Below, piece by piece: positions 32,708-46,854 of a DNA stretch of 64,000 bases. Within the stretch, counting starts at the first letter, position 1. Every line of letters begins with the position of its first letter. Position numbers and translations under genes: made by a program. The DNA comes from Laetmonice hystrix (Eukaryota), in NCBI GenBank assembly GCA_965235115.1, contig OZ249436.1, positions 7,504,001-7,568,000 of the forward strand. Reading direction: 5' to 3'. The notes under the pieces are model-generated. The model saw only the letters and a list, made by a program, of their open reading frames with translations, had not been told where the DNA came from and did no database searches.

Positions 32708-34851
32708 ATCTAAAGCTGCAACGTGTAGACTTCTAACGGAGAAATATCGCCTCACAATGTGCCTACTAAGAATCCGTTGGGCGGTGGTGTACGTTCTGTA
32801 AGATTGATATAATCCATGCTGCTATTAACCACGGCAAAATTTACCGCATTTCTCGTCTCTTCTGTAAACACAAACCCACGCGTCAATCTGAGCCACTTTC
32901 CGAGAATTCCTGCGGCACTTTCTGATCCCGGTTTCAGCTGTGGTGTGTGTCCACCCCACGCCGCCACTGGAGAAAAAGCAGATCTAGATCTATGCGAGAG
33001 GCTGCGCGCATATTAACTCCGCACATGTATCCGCCTCCTGTGATTAATAGCACCAGGCCTGCACGCGCCCTGTCCGGCGTATAAACCTGGATGCTGTCAG
33101 CCTGTGATAGGCCTACAGGCTTCCAAGTGGCAGGGGACAATTGCCCGACCTTGAAATTGAATCTTCAGTGTAGGCAGTACACATCGTGTTGATTGGGATC
33201 GATCAATCAGAAGTGGGCAATAAGCCACCAAGAGATAGGGCCCACCCAGTGGCGATTCCAGGGGTGGGTGGGTAGGGGGGGGGGGTTAAACCCTCCTATA
33301 GGTAAGCGATTTTTCTTTTTCCGCGTATGGTATACGAATATAGAAGATTTCTGAATTGACCATGCTAACCCCTTGTCCAAGTTATGCAAGGGATTTATCC
33401 CCCACCCCTCTTTAGGAAACCCTGCCCTTACCAAACTCATGGATCCGCCCCTGCCACCCTCGTAGACATGTGCATATAACCATGCTATAATATGTCTATA
33501 AAACCCCATTCATACATGTATAATCTAGGCCTAATTAAGCCTATATTGCATTAAAATATCGCGCCTTTCGTGTCCAGTCCTCCCTTGAATGTCGTCCCTT
33601 CCAATAATACCCAATCGTCGAGCGGTTGACTGGGTATTATTTGATCAGCGGATGACCACTGTTGTGCTATAAACGTGGGTGTCCATTTGATCCTGTCATA
33701 ATAAATGGACCTTTACCCCCAGTAACCTAGCGCAGAAACAATGGTGACGTTTCACACACTCCACCATGTAGAAAGGCAGGCACAATGACATGCATTTAGT
33801 CCCTTTGACGGTCATTCCACATGTCAGTACTGTTATCAACGTACACAGTTACGAAATCCAAGACCTTTGCGAGTGGATCTCCTAGGACCAGCGATCCAAG
33901 ACAAAATTAATGGATCGATTGCTTCTATTCAAAGCTTCCCGGACACGTAGGACCCTTCTGACAACCCTTATACAAAGCTTGATGGATCAGTCTTTTGTCA
34001 AACTGTAGACACAGCAATTAACATTAGGCCTAATCATCGCTCTATTGGAGAGACTTGTAAATCAAATTAGGAAATAGTGTCGTGTCCTATGTTTAGCAGC
34101 ATGTTCACGGAATTGACACCAGTTAATGTTTAAATATCGGAGGCGAGTTGGCTGGAACTGAAAATTACGTCAGTAGATCTAAGAGGGCCCTGCATGGGTA
34201 CGTCGGCGGAGAGACTCTACGCTTCAGTAGACCCATATGTCGACGTACGTAAAGCCAATCCATGTGTACGTAGTGTAGGCGTGATGCGTAATGCCTACTG
34301 CGTAGTGCGTAATGCGTAAAATTAAAGGGGCATATTATGAAGAAACGTGAAAAATCGGTATTTCAAAGAACTAAAGTTTCATCGTTATCAGTTTCGTCCG
34401 CTCATCGTTTGCACGTGGCTTTTGTTGATCGATCGAGTGCAACTGATGAATTGTTTAAACTAAGCGAAGCACGTGACTAAGCAATTGCAGAGAGTGCACA
34501 CGCAGGATGTGACGTAGTATGCAATTACTCGGGTTGATGGGAGGTTGTCTACCAAATTATGGCGGGAGATGGAAATGAAAAGGTGGTGGTCACGGTCACG
34601 GTTGACTATAATTAGAGCTAGGCCTATTATGCAGGGCCGGATCCAGGATTCGTAGAAAGGGGGGCGTAGCCCCTGGAGAAGATTGCGAGCACCGAATAAG
34701 GCGCAAAGCCCCCAGAAAAATTTGAAAATTCATGTTTGTCAGATGCATTTTCCCGGCATCTGAAAATTCCAGTCTCAAAAAAATCATTATTTTGCCAAAA
34801 ATAGGGGGGGGGCGTACGCCCCCCACGCCCCCCCTCCTTGGATCCGGCCCA

Positions 34852-35011
34852 GGGGCCGGTTTTACTAAAGAGTCGAAAATAACGACGTCGAAAATTTAAC
34901 ATAGAAGTGAATGGGTTGCTAGGTCGAAAATAACGACCTGGCACCCATTCACTTCTATGTTAAATTTTCGACGTCGTTATTTTCGACCTTTGCTTTAGTA
35001 AAACCGGCCCC
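34852..35011. mobile_element. Palindromic MITE, possibly Harbinger-like; same family as 47860-48010
   Basis: GGGGCCGGTTTTACTAAAG...CTTTAGTAAAACCGGCCCC near-perfect fold-back. Confidence 0.75.
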
Positions 35012-35329
35012 TGTATAGACGTCTATGCCCAGTCGGGGCCACTCGGACGAGTCCAAGATCCAAATATTCAACTGAACCAACGAACCCAGCGTCTTTTATG
35101 GGTGTTAGCCATTCATTTCTCAAACTGCCATATACCATAGGCCTAGTCTCGATCACCAGACCCTTTTTCTCGCTAGAGACTGGTCGTCGAGTCTAAAACT
35201 GCCAACGATGCCAGCAGCACACTACAAACCCAGTGGCGTAGAAGTCTACCCAGAAACTGGCCTCAGGGGGGTGCTGGAAATGCAACGTCGTAGGCGCTGC
35301 AAATTGGGAGGGGGCTGTGGGCAACAAGC

Positions 35330-35364
<35 letters not shown>

Positions 35365-37171
35365 GGGTGCTTGAGCACCCCAAGCACCCTCCCTGGGTAC
35401 GCTACTGAAAGCGACTTAGGTTGTCGGCGAGCTCCTATAGCCGCGTTATATCATCGGCGATGTCTGTGCTATACCCTTATCTCAGCTTACTCTCCTACTC
35501 CTCCTACTCAAGCTATAGGCCTACCTAGGCCTAGTTCCAACTCTACCACTCTGGGTGGTAGAATACCGTTTTTCAAGCCTGCAGTTGTTTGTTTCTCGCT
35601 TAGGGGCCTATCATAATTTCATTAGTAGAACAGGGTAGGCCCCTACAATTATATTTTTTGGTTAGGCTAGGCCTAATTGGTTGAATCAACCAATTCTAAT
35701 TGGTTATTAAGTCAACCAATCAGGATTGGTTGTTTTAACCAAATTTTTGGTACGTAGGACTCATTCCAGCCAACAAAATTGGTTACATTTTAACCAATAT
35801 TTTGTGGATCTAGGGGGGGGGGCAGGGGCCCGGGCCCCCCATAAATTTTGGACAAGTAGGGGCCTAGCCTATAGGCCTAGTATAACTTAGGCTAGACCTT
35901 TAACCCAGCCACCCCTTTCTATAGCAGTAAAGTAAAGTCTAACAGTAAACCTGGAGATTTATGAAGATTGAAATTTGTATAAAACATGATTTAGTTATCA
36001 GCAGTTCAGGACCAGCCACCCCTTTTTCTGACTTCGTCCCGGTGCCCCCCCCCCCCCCCCCAAAAAAAGAAGAAGAAAAAAAGCGAAATCCCTGTTGTTC
36101 CCACCCTGGCTCCCTGCAGCACTGTCCCTGCAGTAGGCTACACGACTGGACTGGGTTCAGTTAGGTAGTGTCGCCACCTAGAGAGGAACCATTAGACTAA
36201 TTGTTAACCCGTTTCCGGTAGACCTATATTTTTTTTATAGGGCCTAGACGTGGGCTATGTAGACGTGGGCAGGTAGGCCTATGAACAATCTGGCGCGGGT
36301 TATTCCATACTATATTATACTACACTTCTGACTGTCACTAGGCACGCAGGTGACAAGACCGGTGGTAGAGACAGTTGAGCAGGTAAGGGAAACAAGACTG
36401 ACCAACACAACTAGGGAAGGGGGCACGAAACCAAGCGTAGGGCCTAACGTTACAGTTCCCCACTCGGCACACAACTATACTATACTATAGCCTACCATGT
36501 CTATGACTATACTAACGTTAGAGTCTAACTAACTTTTTTTTTGGGGGGGGGGGGGATGAAGGTTCAGGGCCGTCAGAACGTATTTGGAAGGGGGGGGCAA
36601 GCCTGGGGCTGGGGGTGGGGGAACCCCCCACTCAAGTTGTGTGTGCGTGGGTGGGGGTGGGGTGGGGTAGGGGGGTGGGGGTGGGGGTGGGGGACACAGA
36701 TAAATCAGCATCACTCAGCAACACCCACCCACTTGCATTTAAAATTTCAGTTCACTGAAAATTAGTGGGAGGATAGCCCCCCCCCCCAACACACATCCTG
36801 AGTGGGGTTTCAACCCCCCAGCCCCAGACTTGGCCCCCCCCCTTCCAAATATGTTCCGACGCCCCCCCCCCCCCTTCAAAGAAGAAAGAGCTTCCTACGC
36901 CCCTGCTCAAGTTTACTCCAGTGAGTCTCCACTCAACTCACTCGGTTGAGACTTGAGTGGAGTGGAGTACCGGGCCCATGTCCCCAGCTGTGATGGGCGT
37001 ACCCTGCTCACCATGTACCCGGGTGCCCTGTCCCACGAGTCGGCTGCCATGTTCCCGGGATAAGTTTCCGTGAAGCCCTAGGCCTAGCCTATATCCCGGC
37101 AGGGAAAGGGTGTTTCATCAGCCAAATTGACAGCTGTTTTTAAATTGCTTCTTATCATGGGTTATACTTAA

Positions 37172-37776
37172 AGGGACTCGACACCAATAAGCCAAAAATT
37201 TCTGACCCAGAGATTTTCAGGCTACTTTCACATAAAATAATTCTACATTTTTCGAGTGTTTTGGTGCAAAGAAAATGGCGGGTCACCATATCGGATCCTG
37301 AGTTATGAGCATTTGAAGATAGGCCTTCAACTCGCACTACTACAGTCTACAGTAGAGAGAGATACGTGAAATTTTTGGTTCGAATTAGAAGAGAGAAGAT
37401 TTTTTTCAGACATTTCTAACCCAGAGATTCTGAAAATACTTCTCAGAATTGTTGCATGACTTGTTTTGAACACTTTAGATTAAAAAAAATCATATGTCAC
37501 CATGGAAATTCATGAGATATCGACATTTTCACTACCAAGGGTCTTATCGGTCCCATAGACTCCAATGTTAAAACACATAGTCAAGTACATTTTTCTGGCA
37601 TCGTGAAGCCTTTTGTCAAACTGTTTCTGGGATGCGAAGCGGCCAGACTTGACTCTGCCTCTGCATTGCCGTGTTGTTGACAGCATGAGTGACGTAAAAA
37701 AATGCGTTGCAACGTGTAAAAATAGAGTTCGTCAATTGCCACGAGGTGGCGCCACTGAGAAAAGTGACGCGTCTCT
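37172..37776. mobile_element. Kolobok-like non-autonomous element (TTAA-flanked)
   Basis: ttaa-AGGGACTCGACAC...GTGACGCGTCTCT-ttaa imperfect TIRs. Confidence 0.5.
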
Positions 37777-38514
37777 TTAAGTCATGCCCAGAGGCTCAGC
37801 TTCTGCAGCCTACTGAGGTGATGCCGGCTGACCGTCCGGCAACCCTCAGTCCCGGCCTACTATGCCTGAGGTGATGCCGGATATCAGTGGCGGATCGGGG
37901 AGGGGGACAGGGAGGGCTCTGGACCCCCCTCAAATTTCCCAAAGTGCCCTTCTCGCAAAAGGACTTTTTTATTAAGGCCCCTATGTCAGTTTGGGCAGGG
38001 GGGGGAGGTGTTTGGTTACCAAATACATGTATAATTATTATGAGGTGAAATCCATGCCAGTAAATCCAAAAAATGGTCTCAGAATGCACCATTTTGCACC
38101 GAAGCATGAAAATTTGTCGTGGGAAGGCCCATGTCCATACTATATTATACTACACTTGGGAAATAAAAGCTTAGACATTATGGAAGCTGGGACCCCGGAA
38201 CATGGAAGCCGGGACCCGGAACATGGAAGCTGGGACCTGGGAGCCAGGACATAGTGAGCATGGAAGATATATGGCGTCTCCCACCCATCTAGACTTTCTA
38301 GATCTAAACAAGTCTAGGTCTAGGATTAATATGGCTAGTGGACTAGGGCAGGCCCTCTGCCTCTGGGGTATTGGGGTGTGTGCATTATTAATATTGCCCA
38401 TGGTTTCCATAAGTAGGATTAAAAAGTTACACATTGTTCCTTAAGTGATGTGTGTTATAAAGAAAGTTGGCTCTTGCTTTTACTTCAGTACGGGTTAATC
38501 TAACAGCTATCAGA

Positions 38515-41498
38515 ATGTCTCGGCTACACACTGCATCCATTGCATATGCAATGACATCACTTGGAGCAGCGATGATTGGTTCCGTCTTCAATTTCTACTA
38601 TGTCAAGGTCTTTCTGAACCATTATCATGTGTCTGAGGGTTGGTTCCATATGTCACAGGTAAGGAGAGAATAACGGCAAAGTTTTTACCACTGGTATGAT
38701 TCTTCAAAAGTGTCTGTAAAGGCTTTGAACTATAATCAGGAAGGACCAATTTTACGAAACACATGCCCCATGCAGGGCTTGAAAATTAGTTTTTGACCTA
38801 GGAGCTAGTCAGCGCCTAGTCACAGTCGCAATTGGAACTTCTGAGGCAATTTTCAATCCAGAAATAACCTTGGATGTATTTTTTGAGCCTTGTCCATGGC
38901 AAGTACTTTTAAAAATTGAAAAATCAGCCAGTCCTGATATTGCTGGCCGGTAGAACGACAAGGAACTGGAAGGAACTGTGTCTCATATACCCATAGTCAA
39001 TACAGCACATGTGGCCCCTTATTAGATTTCAAACATTTTGAATAAGACTAGCCTGGGCAAAAGAATAGAAAAATAGATGCACCAGGGGTGTGTTTCGCAA
39101 AAATTGTAATCCTGTCATTCGTGAAAAATCCCTATTGAAAATACATTGGTATTTACGATACGACAAGCTAAGCACAGCTAAACTATGTCTTTTAGAATTT
39201 TTTGCATCAATAAAATTTAATTATTCTAAAATGTCTTTCTATTCTATTACAGTTAATATTCTTTTACCTCTGACCTCTTGACATGTTTCAGATTGTGTAC
39301 ATGATATGGAATGCTGTGAATGACCCCTTGTTCGGCTACATGCAAGACAACATGGCCTGCGTTAAAAGTCGTCGTCACTCTGTTCTGTATGGGGCTCCAT
39401 TTTTTGCTCTTTCTTTCCTAGTTGCTTGGTTTCCGTGGGGGGATTACACACAATCTTCCTGGGTCAGTGGCTTGCATCTCATGGTCACTCTGTGTTTTTA
39501 TGATGCGCTGTTTACATTTGTTTTATTGGCGCAGTGTTGTCTTTTTACGGAACTTTCCCATCATCAGGAGGACCGACTTACACTCATCCGCTATTCTCAG
39601 GTGTTGTCACTTATAGGATCATGTAGTGTGTTTGTCTGCGAAGTGTCGTCAAATCATCTGGAGAACTTTTTCAATTTCCAAGTTGTGTGTGTTTTGTTAG
39701 CAACCTGCAGTTTTTTCTGCATGCGTTACACAGGTCTTCATGCATACACTGAGTATGATGCTCTGGAAGCTAAAATGGTACATCAGGATGTAGACGAATA
39801 CAAGGATGGGACAACAGCACTCAGAGCCAATGATCTCTCGATGTGGAAACAGACATGGCAGATACTGAAAAACAGAGACTTTCTGGGGTTTGTGTTCATG
39901 AACTTTTGCCAGACATTTCAAGGTGCATACTTAGCAAACTTTACAGTGATATTTGTTGATCAGTTGGTTCCCAAGGGCTTTATCCCATCTTTTGCAAGGA
40001 GTTCATTCTATGGATCCCTCTCAATTATCTCACAGGTGAGTAGTATTTATAAATAACATGAAAATAATTGTAACTTCTCTAAAATTGCCAGATTGATATG
40101 AGAATTAACGATGATTATGGAAAACATTGATGGACTTTGAACCACTCTGTTAGTCTGGTATCATATGTCATATTTTGGGAGGTGGCATGGTGCAATGGGT
40201 GCACCCAATTTGAATCTATTTTTTTGGCTACTTTTACAGGTCTTTGTGATACTCTTCGTGCCTCTTGTCGGTACATTTGGGTATTACAAGGTCATCAGGT
40301 GCAGTTTCCTGTTCAAAATATGCTTGGGTTTGAGTCTGTGGTTGGCAGGGCCCAGTCCATGGTTTGTCATGGCCTACTTCATGCTGGACAGGTGACTTCC
40401 CCTTCAATACTATTCTAAGACGTAATTTGTTTGCTCCAGGTCCTTTAGTCTGACAGCCAAATAGTCTGACCATTGGGCCGTCAGACTAACGGTCCCTCTC
40501 CATTTGTTTAATGTCAGACGGCCTTCATTTTTCAGTAGATTTCAGTTGTGGCCTAGTATGATTTAGAATTACATGTACTACTAAATGAAAAAAACTGATA
40601 AAAGTGTGATTAAAATGTCATCGTACTCTCTGTAATGTTGAAGTGAGCTGAAGTAAGAGTTGATGTAAGTGAATGTGGTGATTTTTGCAGTATTTCGACC
40701 AGCGCCACCTTCTCACTCTTTAACCTTCCTCTGTCTGACATCATCGACCAGGACAAAGTGCGTCATACACGCAGGTATAGTACCTCAGAATTGCAGACGT
40801 TTTGGGATTGATTGAATTTCAAAACTTGTGTTTGACTAGTATGAATATGCAAGGTTTCGAATTCTCAAGGGGTTTCTGCCGTTTTACTCAGAGCAAATGA
40901 GTTTTGAGTATTGAGGCCTAGGGATATGAAATATTAGTACCATCCATCTTTTATTTATCCTGGTGAATACACATTGGCTATAGCCGTTGTTCAGTGCAGA
41001 GACCAGTACATGTTAACACTTACTGGTACATTGTATCAGGTAAGAAGTTCTGCACTGTTGTCAATGGTAGTAGGACTAGTAACGCTTAATCTAGCAGTTT
41101 GTGTTCTTTTCTTTTGAATTTTTTTTTTCAAATTGATACTGATATAATAATAGTGACTATTACTTGATAATGTAACAGTTGTTATAACAGTTGTCTTCTC
41201 TGGTTATATTTGCAGGCACCCTCTGTCGTCTATGGTATTCGGGACAAATGCTCTCATTGTCAAGCCGGCCCAGTCAATTGCACCAATGATTATTGTATCT
41301 ATTTTAAATAAGTACAATTACAAGAAGGTCCAGGCTAACATTGCTCTCACTGTTGAAGAGGAGAGCGATTTACACCAAGCTTTATTCCATATTGCATGTA
41401 TATTTCCAGTTCTTTTTGGTCTTTTTCAAATCCTCTTCTGGTCTCGATACAGACTACGCAATTCTCATGAAACAATTACAAGGTACATTGAAAGTTAA
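38515..41498 (+). CDS. MFSD13A: Transmembrane protein 180 / MFS domain-containing 13A, 5 coding exons
   Basis: Exons 38515-38658, 39292-40035, 40240-40391, 40691-40774, 41216-41498 are phase-compatible. Motifs FNFYYVKVFL, IWNAVNDPLFG, YGAPFFALSFLVAWFPW, LCFYDALFTFVLL, LSDIIDQD, SSMVFGTNALIVKPAQSIAPM. Confidence 0.92.
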
Positions 41499-41996
41499 AT
41501 TTGGGGATAGGGTCTATTGTTATATCTAGATATGAAAAGTGGTATATTTATGGGAAAGAGCACTGGGGCCTTGGGGTTGGCAGTGATAATTAACGTTAGG
41601 TTTTTACCATGTTGCTAGTTGGTCATTTTACCGATCTTAAGACTGGAATCTTAAGACGGAATTCTTGTTTCAGAGCCCCCCCCCCCCGGGTTAAAGCATG
41701 GCTTCCTTCATAATTTTAAATACATCAGTGATCACTGAATAGAGATGGGAAAATTTAGTATCTAGATAACTGGTGTGTGATAAAGTGGTGATTAAACCAG
41801 TCATGCCATAAATTATAAAAAATATGGGGCCTTTCACCAAAAATATGTCTGTATGGCTGTTCTGGAACGAGAGAATTGTAGTTTGTGCAGTCTGTTCCTA
41901 TGTGTTCCCAAACACAGACAAACACAGTTTGTCGTGTTTTACCCGGTAGTATAAAAAATTATGGTTCCTTCACCACCACAGAACTGCTTGTGTTAA

Positions 41997-42588
41997 AGAT
42001 AAACCGGCGTCATAGGCCAAAAATTAAAAACAATACAAGTTCTATTTTTTTGTGTATAGCATAGTCATGGTATAAGCTTCAAAATAAAGCATTAAAAATG
42101 ATAGGTCACCGTGCTAATTGTCGGGTCAATGCCGGGTAAAGATTCACATAGAATTCAATGGGGATATAGGCCTTCTGGGACGTTTTTACTTCCGCTGAAC
42201 TACTTCTGCTAATAACATTCTTCCAAATTTTACATAATTTTATTCATCTTAGGACAGTATTGATCATTTTAAACGAGAGAAAAAGGTAGGTCACCGTTCT
42301 AATTTTTGATGTAGAGTGGAAAAGCTTCAATGCAAAAAAACGCGTTTCATTGAGTTCAATGTTAAATTAACCAATTTTAACCCATCCTTTTCTCGAAAAT
42401 AAGAATTTAAAACCTATCATTTTTTATGGTTTATTTGAAAGCTTATACTATGACTATGCTATACACAAAAAAAATGAACTTTGGTATTATTTTAATTTTT
42501 TTTAATATCACGCCAGTTTAATCCAATAGGAAATATTAGTACTGTTCTCTGCCACCAGATGTAGTGACCGTCCCACGCCGGTTTATCT
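41997..42588. mobile_element. Kolobok-like element inserted in one copy of a local ~180-bp duplication
   Basis: ttaa-AGATAAACCGGCGT...ACGCCGGTTTATCT-tcaa; the joined flanks match the uninterrupted copy at about 42720-42903. Confidence 0.7.
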
Positions 42589-43614
42589 TCAACAGAGTCA
42601 ATAATAATTAGTGCCATAGTACGTCAATGGTAAGAAGGTATAAATAAATGTGGAGATTCCAGTCAAATCCACCTGGGGTAGAAATCTTTTAAATGTATCA
42701 TCAGCAGGGCCGTAACCTTATAAAATTATGGTTCCTTCACCACCAGAGAACTGCTTTCCATCCACAGCATGTGTTAACAGAGTCAATAATAAACAGTGCC
42801 ATAAAGTACGTCAATGGTAAGAAGGTATGCATAAATGTGGAGATTCCAGTCAAATCCACCTGGGGCAGAAATCTTTTAAATGTATCATCAGCATGGCCGT
42901 AACCAGACTTTAAAAAGCCACGAGGTGGAGACAACTTTTCCAGGCCAGTCTGGGGCATCGTGAGGGTACCTAAGGGCGATAGGACCCTATTTAACTTATG
43001 GGAGGGGGGAAACAGTCATTTTTAAAGCCAGAACAAGTTTGTTGTTATAAAAATTATTATTGTACAAGTGTTGGCAATAAGGAATGAGGGTGGGGACGCA
43101 TTTTAAAGGGAAGAGGACTAGAATTCAATATTTGATCATGAATAGATGTGAATATAGATGATGAGATTATCCCCGAGGATAATCCCACTCCTCTCAGGAA
43201 TTGTCTATTGACAGGATAATTGTGTCACTGTATTAATAAATACATGTATATACATATAGATCTACATGCATGGCTCTAAATTTTTATGTAGCTCTATAGA
43301 TTTGGAAGTTAACGGGTACAATAACTGGCTGAAATCATGTACCGTACAACATTGCACAGTTGAGCTGTGACTTCTATTTCCCGTGATTGTATAGATCTGG
43401 AATTTTCAGATGCAATGTACAGTTGACGTATGAAACTGTTTCATATTATTCTTATTATCATACCATGAACGGCGCAGGGTACAGGGAATGGATGGCTTGA
43501 TATATTATGTCATTCATTGGCAGTAAAACGGTATGGCATCATAAAGTTATTAGGTTGAAATGAGAAAAAAAAGTTAATGCTCTAAAAGAAACCGAAATAC
43601 CGTGTGGTGTTGGA

Positions 43615-43735
43615 AAGTTGTTTCAACCGTAAGGAGTTTAGAATCTGAGATTGTAGTTGTTTCAACTGTAAGGAGTTTAGAATCTGAGATTGCAGTTGTT
43701 TCAACCGTAAGGAGTTTACAATCTGAGATTGCAGT
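43615..43735. repeat. 39-bp tandem repeat, 3 copies
   Basis: agttgtttcaaccgtaaggagtttagaatctgagattg repeated three times. Confidence 0.85.
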
Positions 43736-44547
43736 GTATTTCTGAGACTGACATATCACTTACAGTTTATCCAAAACCATGGCCATGGCGCCAGTTCAAG
43801 GTCACAGAATGAGATGTATATTCATTGTGCCAAATGCAAGAACTTTAACATTCCACAGGATAATAAACGTATCTCCGAGTTAGGATACTATGTCATATCT
43901 TTGTCCTTTTTAAAAATTAAACGTTTAGCCTCAGGAAACATATATTATTATTACTTATATGTTCAAGGTATACCAAAGTTGTCTTTCCCTTTACGCACCT
44001 CTCTTTTGGCCAAAAGAATATTCATAAAAGGACCTTATATTGTTTAACCAATACATGTACATGTATTGTACTGATATTGATATTAACTGCTTACACGTAT
44101 TCAAATAAAACATAAAACAGCGTCTTAAAAGTGAGCTTCTCGATTAATCCTTGATGTATGTACATGTTTGTATTTATATATAATATATATCTGGGTGCGT
44201 TAGGAACATGTCTGGGGGTGTATGGGTGTATGGTGGGTGTGTGAGGGGGTGGACGTGGCCCTGGGGTATGGGTGTATACATACACAATGTGTAGGGGCAT
44301 GTTTACAAATTGTATACATTGTATAAGGAATCACTGCAGTTGTGTATATAGCAAGTCATTTCCTCCACGTGTCTGAAATTTTGTTTCCTAATGTATATGT
44401 TTTCGGTAATGTGGTTTAGGCACCCTTGAATGCGTGCAGTAAAGTTTGCAAGACAGGAATGTATCTAGAATTGTCGCCACAGTAACCCTACTCTTTCATC
44501 ATGATGTAGGCCTATTACTCACCGTTCTTCATTGTTCAGTGGATTAA

Positions 44548-44883
44548 AGGTGCTATTCGTCTCGCACAGAATGGCATTTCTCCTATCATACATTGTGCAC
44601 ATAGTACTAGAAAACATTCCTACCGATACCATTGGCCAACCTTCTATTAGTTTGTGTGCAGCATTTGAAACCTATCTCGGTGCGCACCGAGATAGAGCCA
44701 TTTCCTATGGAGGGGCGTGTCAGGGTCTCCACAGGCCTTCTGAGAGAGCCCCATTTGTGCCGTTATCCATGAACAATTTTGATTTCCTTTGTTGTGAATC
44801 TATTTCCATGATAGGTGGGATCACATAAACGTCAACAAAATAAAAAATAAAAAAATTGAACTTTTTTTTCACGAATAGCACCT
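44548..44883. mobile_element. Kolobok-like MITE
   Basis: ttaa-AGGTGCTATTCGT...ACGAATAGCACCT-ttaa perfect 13-bp TIRs. Confidence 0.8.
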
Positions 44884-46436
44884 TTAAAACAAGTCTGATA
44901 ATGGCTTTATTGTTCAATTTAAGTAAACCATGCTTATTTGTGTAAAATTCCTGTGGCAATAAATTCAATTAAAAAATTCAATTCAAATTATTTATTAGCT
45001 CGCTTGCTCTCTCTCTCTGGTCCAAAGTCCTTCGGTCCGCCCCGCACTCCTTCCCTCTGGCCCTTCCTCCCCCTCTCTTTCTCTACAGTACCTACGTCTG
45101 TCTCTAAAATCCCTAAGATCCAATTTTAGGCTTGTAGAAATACGTGTAGCAGACCTGTAAAACTGCCGTAGACAATTTTGATTCTTAATAGGCCTATAGT
45201 TATCCGGTCTTTCACCACTGAGTGCCGATTGCAGCCAACAGATGGCACTGTGACGAGTCGTCTTATATTAGTTACGAAGTCTTTCACCAGGGGGCAAAAT
45301 ATGCAAAGATCACAACCGGAACCAGAATGGAGGCAGTTCACGGCGACTGTTGCAGTGGTGTGGTCTCAAGGTAAATATCGGAGTCGTATCTGATAAATAA
45401 GCCTTACGTACGTTTCACTTCCTAAGGGAGAAGTCTACTTAACAAAAACAATATTTTTTTACACTTTAAGATACAACCGAGAAAAGACTGTATGGTAATC
45501 GTTGATCAAAATAATTGTTGTTTCTGCCACACGGCGGTGTTGTACTTGTACCTACCGTCCTACGCCTACCGTGTCAGACACAGTAGATCTAGAGTAGTAT
45601 GTGGTGAGTCAGTGGTTGTCACTTGACGTGGACTTGGGTTGGGACGTTAGATTATAGATAAGCCTAACGTTAGGCTTAGCCAGGCTTAACCCGGCTTAAC
45701 CCTTCCCTGCTTAGGGTTGACAATGGCTTGGCTTTGGCTGCCTCGGTTATTCCAGTATAGAAAAAAGGCCACCCAACCAGAAGTAGTACTAGACCGGCCG
45801 CCCGTCATTACTCATTCCACTTTTAGTTTTAACTCTACGGAAGATTTAATAATTGATTGGTCATTGCCATTGCATTGGGGCAGGTTTGTATCAGTTTTAT
45901 GTTATTTAGCTAGAACATTATCCAATGGGATAAAACTAAAAGCTTAATGGTCACATGACCCTGCTAAATACACGAGTTTATAGTTCGTCACAATCTGAGC
46001 CTTGTTTTGAAGTTGCGAGTAAACAAAGCCAGCAGCGCTCCATTCCAATGCATTTGAACGGTGGGTTACCACGGAAAGAAGCCACTATTCCACCACCGGG
46101 AAGTTGCGACAGATTTTTCTGGCCCTTATACACATGGAGGGTAGGCCGACATGCACAGTGCTTCACACAATGTATTAGGCCTGCACAACTCCGTCAACAG
46201 GCTGTCGATGTGGGCTTGAGCTGCCCGCCTGGCAAGCGCAGGCTGCGGCAGTGTCCGCAGACTGTCAGTGTGTCAGCAAGCGTGCATTCGAGGGCTGTAC
46301 CCGGCTTAACTCACCCTCCCCCCTCCAGTCCAGTGCCTAAAATATCAATCAACATCCGACTGCCCCCCAATATCTATCCCGTATGTGTGGGGAACCACAT
46401 GCGCATGCTCTCCGTCGAACTATAAACTGGTGTATG

Positions 46437-46834
46437 CAGACCTTAGGATTTGAAAAATAGAGGGGAGTGATTAATAGCTCCCCTCAGCTGCTCTAGGAGA
46501 GTGATCTGGAAGCTCCCTTCTACCGAGGATTACCATGTCTGTGGTCTCAACACGTGTTTTGAATAGCGCGTGGTTGGCAATCAAATACGTTGTAGTATAT
46601 TGTATTCGGGATAAAAGTAGTACATGGCGGCGATCAAAAATACACGCTGGATTGACCGATGTCAACATTATCATGGTGGGGCTGAACCACCGGCGATCTA
46701 GAAACCCTCCAGCATGTTTGGTGAGGTGCGCTATTCAATAGCAAGAACGGGCGCGTATTTTTGCTCCTCTCCTAAGCTGTTTAGGGGCGCGATGGCGCGC
46801 GAGAGCGATTGCGCCCGTCAAATCCTAAGGTCTG
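46437..46834. mobile_element. MITE with 7-bp TSD (P-element-like)
   Basis: 17-bp TIRs CAGACCTTAGGATTTGA...TCAAATCCTAAGGTCTG; TSD GTGTATG at 46430-46436 and 46835-46841. Confidence 0.8.
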
Positions 46835-46854
46835 GTGTATGCCACCCAAATATA

